Assembly: GCA_051382305.1 (NCBI GenBank)
Contig: JBBCAV010000153.1
Span: 1-64,000 of the forward strand
DNA: 64,000 nucleotides
Direction of reading: 5' to 3'
Origin: Bdellovibrionota bacterium FG-2
GTDB taxonomy: Bacteria > Bdellovibrionota > UBA1018
Positions within the stretch are counted from its first letter, which is position 1. Each line of letters begins with the position of its first letter. Shown piece after piece: positions 48,685 through 56,704 of the stretch. Made by a program: the position numbers and the translations under genes. The notes under the pieces were generated by a model, which was not told the DNA's origin, made no database searches, and saw nothing but the letters and a program-made list of their open reading frames with translations.

Positions 48685-49926
48685 GTGCAACTAAAAAGTT
48701 TCGCCTTTTATGCGTGCTTGGTTTTGTTGGCTTTTGAGAGTGCGCCTTCGCTTGCTCGCACCCCTAGCACCCCCATTGGGCCAATTCGCGAATCTGTGCT
48801 GAGCCTGGATGGTTTCACTTTGGCACTCAAGCATTTTTCTAACCCAGGAAAACAGCCTCTTCTTCTCATTCACGGCCTTGCGCAAAATGATCGCATCTGG
48901 GACTCACCCATTGGGCGCTATCGATTTGCACAAATCCTTCATGCTCAAGGCTATGATGTGTGGGTTGGAAACTTAAGAGGCGCGGGGACCGAAGGTTTTC
49001 GAAGCGACACGCCTCCTGGACCACACCACTGGACAGTTGATGACTATGCCATCAATGACATGCCAGCGCTGGTAGACAAGGTGTACAGAGAAACCGGTCA
49101 AAAACCTTGGCTCATCGGCCACAGCTTGGCGGCATGGGTTTTCACGGGTTACCTTGGCGGAATTGACTACACGCTTGATGGACAAGTCAGCGCTGACGAT
49201 GAAAAAAGTGCGGTCCGGCAAGCCACGGTGGCAGGAGTCATCACGATTGCAGGAGTCTACAATCTGGCTTGGGAGCATTCGGTAGAGAATCTCCTCAAAG
49301 ATCCGATTCGCTCCGAAGAAGACTTCTATCACTCAAACTATGAACTGGAACTTCTGGCCAAGGATCGGCCGCTTTTCTGGATCATTCCTAGGCTCCCGGG
49401 GCTTCCACTCGGGTGGATTGGCACCGTTTTGGGGCTACAATTTGATCGGATTCCGCTGATCGGAAAAAAACTTACGCAAGCTTACTCGGGGCTGCAGTCG
49501 CAGATCATTAAAACGCCTGTGTTCAGCATGTTCTACTCGCCGTCGAACACGAATGCCGAGATGGTCAAGAAACATGTCGCCGATGGATTTGAAGACCTGG
49601 GCCCCCATCTGGTTGAGCAACTTGCGAACGCCGTGAATAATCATGAAACCACGAGCTATTATCACTTAGAGCGCCCCCTGCAAGCTTATCGCTACAGCGA
49701 TGTTTTGAAGTCGCTCAAACTCCCTATCCTCTTTATGGGCGGGGAAAAAGACCGGCTCGCCTCTACACATCAGATCTACAATGACGGGTATCTGAAGACC
49801 GCGAGCCTTGATAAGATGTTCATCACCGTCCCCAATGCCGGACACCTCGATATTCTAACCGGGGAAAACTCCTCTGAAATCACGATCCCGGCTGTCGTGC
49901 GGTTTATCGAAGACCACCAGCGGTAA
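48685..49926 (+). CDS. Secreted alpha/beta-hydrolase (lipase/esterase-like)
   Basis: LIHGLAQN, GYDVWVGNLRG, IGHSLA elbow, GEKDRLA, AGHLDIL; GGAGG RBS before GTG. Confidence 0.88.
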   Translation: MQLKSFAFYACLVLLAFESAPSLARTPSTPIGPIRESVLSLDGFTLALKHFSNPGKQPLLLIHGLAQNDRIWDSPIGRYRFAQILHAQGYDVWVGNLRGAGTEGFRSDTPPGPHHWTVDDYAINDMPALVDKVYRETGQKPWLIGHSLAAWVFTGYLGGIDYTLDGQVSADDEKSAVRQATVAGVITIAGVYNLAWEHSVENLLKDPIRSEEDFYHSNYELELLAKDRPLFWIIPRLPGLPLGWIGTVLGLQFDRIPLIGKKLTQAYSGLQSQIIKTPVFSMFYSPSNTNAEMVKKHVADGFEDLGPHLVEQLANAVNNHETTSYYHLERPLQAYRYSDVLKSLKLPILFMGGEKDRLASTHQIYNDGYLKTASLDKMFITVPNAGHLDILTGENSSEITIPAVVRFIEDHQR

Positions 49927-49953
49927 GACTAATATTTGCAGCCCCTCTGAGGC

Positions 49954-50865
49954 ATGAACAAATTTATTTTTCCACACGGCCTAAGTCGGTGGATGTTTGT
50001 CTTGACGATTCTAACGCTTTCTTGTGCCGAATTCATGGTTTCATGTAGCAGCAAAACTACGCCGCCCCTCCCCCAAGAGAGCCAACAGCCAGGTATAGCA
50101 CCCACAACCATTCCGACCGCTGAGCCGCCGGAAACTCCGACGGAAACTCCAACAAGCCCCTCACCAGTTCCTGACGCTCCTGGAACCGCGCCTTCACCAA
50201 GCGCTCAGCCAGCGCCGTTGCCATCCGCCATCCCAAGCCCTTCTCCGATTCCCACGCCCACTGAAACCGTCACTTGGTCCATTGTCTCTGAGAAAAAAGA
50301 TTGTCCCTACCCCCTTTGTAAAGGCCGTGGGCTTTTTTGGATTGACAGCACGGGGCACTACTTTCAAGAACGCGAACAGGAGTCAGAGGACGACTTTAGG
50401 TTTCCCGATGCTCTGCGAGCGCAGGGCCGAATTACTCCCAGCGAACGGGTTGAGCTCTCAGCCATTGCGGACGTGGTGGCGGAGCAGAACTTTTCGCACT
50501 GGATGAGCTGCTCACCGATGAGTCCCGTACCGGGAATGTCGAGCGTGACCCTTCAGATGTGGTTTACGGATTGGACACTTCAAACTATCTATAAAGTGGA
50601 TGTCCAGAATGAAGAGGCCTGCCACGCAGGCAGCCTACCCAAGGCGCTGGCGCTTTACCGTGTGCTCGACACCTTGGTAAATAAATACTATATCATTCCT
50701 AGTAGTTACGAACCCTGTCGCGACAAAGCTTGTGGTGAACAATGTAAGATCTGCTCGCCCGATGATCCCACGTGTGAGGAGACAGCTGTCATAAAGCACT
50801 GTGACGCGCAAAAACACTGTGTGCCGGGGGTCGTGAGCTGCCCACCCGCAGCTATAAGTCACTGA
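49954..50865 (+). CDS. Lipoprotein with Pro/Thr/Ser linker and Cys-rich C-terminus
   Basis: Hydrophobic leader with SC; PT/PS-rich tract; about 6 Cys in the last 50 aa. Confidence 0.65.
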   Translation: MNKFIFPHGLSRWMFVLTILTLSCAEFMVSCSSKTTPPLPQESQQPGIAPTTIPTAEPPETPTETPTSPSPVPDAPGTAPSPSAQPAPLPSAIPSPSPIPTPTETVTWSIVSEKKDCPYPLCKGRGLFWIDSTGHYFQEREQESEDDFRFPDALRAQGRITPSERVELSAIADVVAEQNFSHWMSCSPMSPVPGMSSVTLQMWFTDWTLQTIYKVDVQNEEACHAGSLPKALALYRVLDTLVNKYYIIPSSYEPCRDKACGEQCKICSPDDPTCEETAVIKHCDAQKHCVPGVVSCPPAAISH

Positions 50866-50907
50866 AAATACAACCAAAAATACTGCGGCCAAAACGCAAT
50901 ACTGTAA

Positions 50908-50936
50908 TTGTCAACTAATCAATTCCGAGCTATAAT
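50908..50936 (+). promoter_or_regulatory. sigma70 promoter
   Basis: TTGTCA-N17-TATAAT. Confidence 0.7.
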
Positions 50937-50962
50937 CATATTTGGGGGAACTAGATATCGCT

Positions 50963-51922
50963 ATGGGGATATCGCGACGCTCTTTTGCCACTGCCTTCGT
51001 TTCAGCATGGGCAACACTTGCCATGTGTTCGTGCGCCGTGGAGTTCTACAACGACCCCAACGCCGAGACGCCCGCAACTGCAGCCGCGACAGCCGATAAC
51101 ATCGAATCGCCCACTCCAAGTCCTTCGCCTTCGGCGTCGGCAACGCCATACGCTTCGCCTTCAGCGTTGCCGAGCCCGGCATCAACTGCTTGCGCTGACA
51201 TCGCAGGGGACTGGGCTGGCCCATGCAGATCAAACTCCAAAACAATGGTCTTATACACGTTTAATTCAGACTGCAGTTATAGTGGATTCACCCAAAACTT
51301 CTCCGATGCCAACTGCGCTGTTGCGACGACGCAATCAGATGTAATCTCGGGCACCCTCGGCTTGGGAACCGAATCCTCGGGACAAAAGAGTCTAACACTT
51401 ACTGAAACTAGCAGCCACTTCAGCCAAACTCTCTATTCTGCAATTGAAATTATCAATAACGAACTCTTCATGCAAACTGAGTCTGCTTCAGCCGTCTCAT
51501 TGACCTCGCCACTTGTTATTTCATTTACTGACACCAGCCGAGGTTTAGGCCCAGCAATGACGGCGGCAAACCTTGCAGGAACGTGGATCATAAACACTTG
51601 CGCCTGGCGTGGGGCCTACTCTGCCTATGCCAAGGACATCTATACCTTTGACGCAAATGGCGCCGCCACCCTCACAATCAAGGCCTACTCCGATGCAGGT
51701 TGCACAAGCTTAACTTCAACAAACTCAGTCTACTCGGGGCATTACGCGCTCACTGATCTTGGAGGAAACAACTCAGGTGCCCAAGGCATCAACTTTAGTA
51801 ACCCCGCGCTCACCGTTGACGGACACGGCTCAGACATTTTCGTCACCTTCTGGGGATCTGGGTTCATCGGATTCGATAGCACACGCGCCATTAACACCAC
51901 GCCCTACTACACCAAACAATAA
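50963..51922 (+). CDS. Ser/Thr-rich lipoprotein with two repeated beta domains
   Basis: Lipobox-like CSC; repeats G.W...C...YTF....(F/Y)SDA.C in both halves. Confidence 0.65.
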   Translation: MGISRRSFATAFVSAWATLAMCSCAVEFYNDPNAETPATAAATADNIESPTPSPSPSASATPYASPSALPSPASTACADIAGDWAGPCRSNSKTMVLYTFNSDCSYSGFTQNFSDANCAVATTQSDVISGTLGLGTESSGQKSLTLTETSSHFSQTLYSAIEIINNELFMQTESASAVSLTSPLVISFTDTSRGLGPAMTAANLAGTWIINTCAWRGAYSAYAKDIYTFDANGAATLTIKAYSDAGCTSLTSTNSVYSGHYALTDLGGNNSGAQGINFSNPALTVDGHGSDIFVTFWGSGFIGFDSTRAINTTPYYTKQ

Positions 51923-51973
51923 CCTCCACACATTCTGTTATTCTCCCCATGTTATGTGAAAAATCAAGCAAGG

Positions 51974-52292
51974 ACTTTGCCCTAAATTGACTTTTTGTAT
52001 TCTGTGATCTCAAAATAGTTTCTGTTTTTACGGTTCTTTTCCCTTTTCTATCTGCTTCGACAATTTTAGCTGAACGACCTGTTATTCGTAGTCAAGGCCT
52101 TAGCCTCGCCACCAGTTGCAAAATTCGCTGTCTAAAAATCATGTGCCGCGCCACATACTGGGACTACGTGATGAGAAAATCCTCTCACGAGGGGGATAAC
52201 GTAGTCACGGCAAAGCTCTCAGTTCATACCTTTTTGTCGATGCAAATCATTGTATTCGATCAAAACTTCTATTCGCTGTTGTGTGTTTCGAC
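51974..52292 (-). ncRNA. Putative bridge/seekRNA region of the IS1111-type element
   Basis: Non-coding region downstream of the transposase and inside the IR; stems such as GACTACGT/ACGTAGTC and TGAGA/TCTCA. Confidence 0.65.
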
Positions 52293-53326
52293 TCACATGC
52301 AGACCCCCAATTGATATGTCATTTTTTGCCTGAAACAGGCCCTAATTCGACCACTAAGTTTTCTGGCAATGGCGACGATTGCCCTTTTCTTGCCGCGCGT
52401 GCCAGCGATCCGTTCGAACATGGCTTTAAGCGCCGGATCTTTATCTATCGCAAACCATGCGGCCTCCACCAATATTTGCCGGACTCGATACGACCCCTGA
52501 TGCGTGATGTGGCCTCTTCTAACGGCGTAAGTCCAGTGAATTTGAACAGCTCCCTCTCATTATTGAATCGCTTTGATAAGTCACCCATCTCGTTTGACAG
52601 TACTCGCGCTCCAATTGGCCCAATGCCCGGCACACTACGGTAAACCTTTTCCAGATGAAGGTCCTTTTTGCTTTGCTCCTGAAGCTTCTTTCGAAGATCC
52701 ACCAACTGTAGGGTCAAAAAACGCCATTGTTCGATCAAGAGATTCAAGGAATCCGAAAGGTCCTCGGGTAATTGCGTTTCTTAGATCTCTTTTAAACGGC
52801 GATTGCAAAGCGTCCGTTTAGGAGTATTGCAAGTGAGCAAGCCAAAATAATAGAGTTTGCTCTTAATTTGTCGAGCAACACGTCCCCGCGATTCTACAAT
52901 CTGCTCCCGCGTGCGTGTTAACTGCCGTCTAAGTTCTTGCGCCCGATCTGGCACAAAAATACAACGAAGTCTTCCCGCCTCTAGCTGCTCCGCGAGTTTT
53001 TTTGAATCCCGGCGATCTGTTTTGACTTTGTCGTTAGCAGCCACTTCAACGGACGCCGCATTGATTACGATGTTGTGAATGCCTCCCTCGACCAATGTAC
53101 GATGTAGTACAAACCCACTAAAACCAGCTTCGTACACGCTAAAAATACTCTTCGCATCCCCAAAGCTCCGCTTCAAGAAGGTGACGACCCCAGTCGGGTT
53201 TGCCTCCATCGTTACCCGATAGGCGATCTCTCCGTCGCATCGAACGGTAATCGAATAAGTTTTTAAATGAACAGCAATTCCCACGTAGACTTTTTTCCCT
53301 TTATAGCTGATTTTCTTAGCGCTCAT
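52293..53326 (-). pseudogene. IS110-family transposase pseudogene
   Basis: YVGIAVH (catalytic D replaced by A), YEAGFSGF, KTDRRDS; in-frame TAA 52781-52783; SVPGIG; GLTP followed by a frameshifting deletion of the SSG loop; LVEAAW and IVAIARKL in the next frame. Confidence 0.9.
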
Positions 53327-53467
53327 ATGAGCCCCCCTTGGTTGGTTTTGTTGTTTGTTTAGCAACCTGTAACAAATGCCAATCAAGGGGATCTTTCAAT
53401 AACTTCTCTCACCACTCCTTGTGATTTTTCAGCATAGCGACTGAGAGTGTGCTAGAATCCTCCCTCT

Positions 53468-54691
53468 ATGGGAAAAATCTTGTTTTTCGTCTTCGTTCTG
53501 CTTGCCACGCTTTCGCCTTTTTCAGCCCGTGCCGGAGGCCTCTGGAAAGCCACCGAATCTTGGAACTGGGATTGGGAAAAGCGCTACGCTACCTGGGTGG
53601 ACACGGAGTTGACGGCGGATTTCTTTTTCCGCTTTGGAATTCCCACCGACTGCGCCGACGCAGGCCTGGCTGCGCGCTGGATCTTCTCGCGCATCAATCA
53701 CCTTCCAGCTGGAAACCATCTCGCGGGCGCTGATAAACTTTTGACTCACCAATCAATGCGACGTGAATGGATGAGTCTGCCGACGTCTGAAAACTGGGCA
53801 GAAGACAAACGGTTTCGAGCCGCACTCGATTATCTTCTTCTTTACACCGATTCCCACAGCGTTTTCCGGGACACTTATCCTGTTGCGATCACCCCAGAAG
53901 CCCTTGCGCCCGGAACACTTCAACTCGAAATCAGTGAGCACAGCGGCCACACCTATATTGTAAGACACCTTGATCTCACCCCCAAAGCCGAAGTGCCAAT
54001 CGGACTTATGAACTCTACCGTTCCCAGAAAAGTACGAATTCTAGCTGAAACGGGGTTCTGGCGAATGGATCAACCCACCGAAGAAGAGGGGGGCTTTAGA
54101 AGGTTCCTCTGGATTAAAGAGATCGAGCATGGCCAGTGGGCACAGCTCGCGCCCGAAGAAATGCCCTACTTTTCTCGTGAGCAATTCGAACCCTTTTTTG
54201 TCGCGGGTTTTTTTAGTTTTGCCGATGCCGTGATTGTACGAATCAATCCTACCTATGACCGAGTGAAACGACTCATTGGAGGAATAGAGAGCCTCAAAAC
54301 CCAACTCATCATGCGGATGCGACTCATCGAAAACGGCATTCAAGTCTGTCAAACAAATCCGTGCACTCCGCAATCGGCAAACTATTATTATTGGAGCACG
54401 GATCATCGAGACGCACAAATCGGCGCCGTCTTCGAACAACTCGAAGCCCTTTACCAGGAACTAGCTCCCTTTCACTCAGAGCTCGCTGCGAATTGGGAAA
54501 ACGAAATGAATCAAGTCTTCCTCGTCCCACTGCCTTCCTTACCTTTTTCGCTCAAAGAACTCGCTAGGCGATGGAAGACGCATCAGTATTCTTCTGATCC
54601 CAGAGATACGGAAGAAGCGCGCTGGGGTGGACCCGTAACTGAGTTAGCCCTTGAAATATCGGCGCTACGCAGCCATACTCAGGCATCATGA
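53468..54691 (+). CDS. Secreted hypothetical protein
   Basis: Signal peptide ending ARA; TGCTAGAAT extended -10 nine bp upstream; DCAD and GHT motifs. Confidence 0.7.
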   Translation: MGKILFFVFVLLATLSPFSARAGGLWKATESWNWDWEKRYATWVDTELTADFFFRFGIPTDCADAGLAARWIFSRINHLPAGNHLAGADKLLTHQSMRREWMSLPTSENWAEDKRFRAALDYLLLYTDSHSVFRDTYPVAITPEALAPGTLQLEISEHSGHTYIVRHLDLTPKAEVPIGLMNSTVPRKVRILAETGFWRMDQPTEEEGGFRRFLWIKEIEHGQWAQLAPEEMPYFSREQFEPFFVAGFFSFADAVIVRINPTYDRVKRLIGGIESLKTQLIMRMRLIENGIQVCQTNPCTPQSANYYYWSTDHRDAQIGAVFEQLEALYQELAPFHSELAANWENEMNQVFLVPLPSLPFSLKELARRWKTHQYSSDPRDTEEARWGGPVTELALEISALRSHTQAS

Positions 54692-55953
54692 ATCCCTCCC
54701 TCATCCAATGGCTTGCGCTAATTATATTTGGGCTTGCGGTAAGTCACACATTTCTCGTTAAACGGTTTCAACACTGGGCCCATCAATACCGCGAAGGATC
54801 GGTTCCGGAAAACTTTTTCCATCTCTTGGGCGAAGTCGAGATCGTCTTTGGACTTTGGGCGGCCGTTTTGATTTTGGCTCTAGCCGCCCTGAGTGGCCCC
54901 ACAGTTGCTATCCAGTATCTTGAGTCACGAAACTTTACGGAGCCGGCGTTTGTTTTTGTCGTCTTAAGTCTTTGCTCCACCCGCCCCATTTTGGAGCTTG
55001 CCGAAAGATTGATCTCAGCTCTCTCAAAGCTTCTTCCGTTTAAGCGCCCCATTGCATTTTTTGCAACCGCCTTGGCCGTGGGTCCGATCTTGGGGAGTTT
55101 CATCACGGAGCCTGCAGCGATGACAGTGACGGCGCTTCTCCTTCTGGACCACTTTTTTGGGAAAGAAATCTCCACCCAGCTTAAATACGCCACACTCGGG
55201 GCCCTCTTCGTCAACGTCTCCATTGGCGGAACCCTCACGCCCTATGCCGCCCCTCCTGTACTCATGGTCGCAGGATCTTGGGGCTGGGGACTCAAACACA
55301 TGTTTCTTAATTTTGGATGGAAAGGTGCGACCGCCTGCATTATTTCAGCCGCATTTGTCGCGATCCGGTTCAAAAAAGAAATCAACACCCTTCGCGTCGA
55401 CCTGAAACTCCGCGCCCGAAGATCTCCGCTTTGGGTACAAGCCATCCACTTGCTGTTTCTCATCGCAACTGTCGCGGCGGCCCACTCCCCTACAATTGTC
55501 ATTGGCTTGTTCCTCTTCTTCTTGGGCTTTACGCGAGTCACAAGTGAACACCAGGAACCGATTCAGCTACGACAAGGACTCCTCGTGTCTTTTTTCCTCG
55601 CAGGACTCGTCGTGATCGGAGGCCAGCAGAATTGGTGGCTCGGACTCATTCTGGGTCAGCTCTCGACTCTCTCGCTCTACTTAGGTGCTATCGTCCTTAC
55701 TGCTTTTACGGACAATGCCGCCCTCACCTATTTAGGATCACTGGTCCCTACGCTCTCAGATTCCTCGCGCTACGCCTTGGTTGCAGGCGCAGTCGTGGGT
55801 GGTGGCCTCACCGTGATCGCTAATGCACCAAATCCAGCAGGCTACAGCATCCTCAATCCGAGCTTTGGCGAAGAGGGAATCAGTCCCCTTGGACTTTTTC
55901 GCGCAGCCCTGATTCCGACCGCGATTGCGGGGACATGTTTTTGGTTGCTCTAA
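54688..55953 (+). CDS. Putative Na+/H+ antiporter (DUF1504-like)
   Basis: HLLGEVEIVFG, GSFITEPAAMT, NVSIGGTLT, TDNAALTY, GGGLTVIANAPNPAG; about 12 TM. Confidence 0.88.
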   Translation: MNPSLIQWLALIIFGLAVSHTFLVKRFQHWAHQYREGSVPENFFHLLGEVEIVFGLWAAVLILALAALSGPTVAIQYLESRNFTEPAFVFVVLSLCSTRPILELAERLISALSKLLPFKRPIAFFATALAVGPILGSFITEPAAMTVTALLLLDHFFGKEISTQLKYATLGALFVNVSIGGTLTPYAAPPVLMVAGSWGWGLKHMFLNFGWKGATACIISAAFVAIRFKKEINTLRVDLKLRARRSPLWVQAIHLLFLIATVAAAHSPTIVIGLFLFFLGFTRVTSEHQEPIQLRQGLLVSFFLAGLVVIGGQQNWWLGLILGQLSTLSLYLGAIVLTAFTDNAALTYLGSLVPTLSDSSRYALVAGAVVGGGLTVIANAPNPAGYSILNPSFGEEGISPLGLFRAALIPTAIAGTCFWLL

Positions 55954-56597
55954 CCCAAAACCGCGCTTTCGTTTTTCTTCAAATACGCCAGGTAATCTTC
56001 TTTGAAAGTCGGCCTCACCGATTCCCGAACCGCAGGGAACGCAATTAGGGCTTCCGCCCATTTTCGGGTTTTAGGCATTGGCGACCAGGCAGAATCTGTC
56101 CACAAGCTGCTTAGAAGCTCTAGTCTTACAAAAAGAGGCGCAAACGAGGTATCGACTAAGGAAAAAGTTTGTCCGCTAAAATAGGGCCCTTTGATCATCG
56201 GTTCAAGTTTCTGCAGCGTTTCAAAAAACTCCGCTTTTTGAGTGGCCAACGCCTCTCGCTCCTTCTCCACCGAAACTTCATAGAGCATCCCAATGAGCTC
56301 CGAAGCATATTCGATCCACGCGCGTTCAAATGCTTTTTGCAAGGGCTCGGAAGCCAGCAGTCTGGGCGCAGTCACTTCGTCCAAGAATTCGTTAATAACT
56401 GCCGACTCAAAAATGGCCGTTTTGTCATCCACCATCAACACGGGAACTTTTCCAAGCGGGGAGAGCTTTAAGAACCATTCCGGCGGATTCACGATGTCGA
56501 CATCTCGAAAAGTGAATGGCACCTTCTTGTGTTTAAGTGTGATCACCGAGCGTTGAACATAGGGGCAAAGTGAGAAGCTAAGAAGCTCGAATTTCAT
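55950..56597 (-). CDS. Glutathione S-transferase family protein
   Basis: CPYVQR, SPLGKVPVL, FESAVINEFLDE, FSLVD. Confidence 0.93.
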   Translation of the reverse strand: MKFELLSFSLCPYVQRSVITLKHKKVPFTFRDVDIVNPPEWFLKLSPLGKVPVLMVDDKTAIFESAVINEFLDEVTAPRLLASEPLQKAFERAWIEYASELIGMLYEVSVEKEREALATQKAEFFETLQKLEPMIKGPYFSGQTFSLVDTSFAPLFVRLELLSSLWTDSAWSPMPKTRKWAEALIAFPAVRESVRPTFKEDYLAYLKKNESAVLG

Positions 56598-56704
56598 AGC
56601 GCTAGAGCTTAGCGCGTGCGCGCGAGATTCGCAACGAGGTCATTTGGCTCAGCGCCGCCATCTAGAATCATTGACATTATTGGCCTTCCCGCAGTATTCA
56701 TTAA

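Larger units (their letters stand above)
51953..53436 (-). mobile_element. IS110-family (IS1111-type) insertion sequence, inactive
   Basis: Sub-terminal IRs TATGTGAAAAATCAAGCAAGG (51953-51973) and CCTTGTGATTTTTCAGCATA (53417-53436); DEDD transposase; about 320-bp non-coding region 3' of the transposase. Confidence 0.88.
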
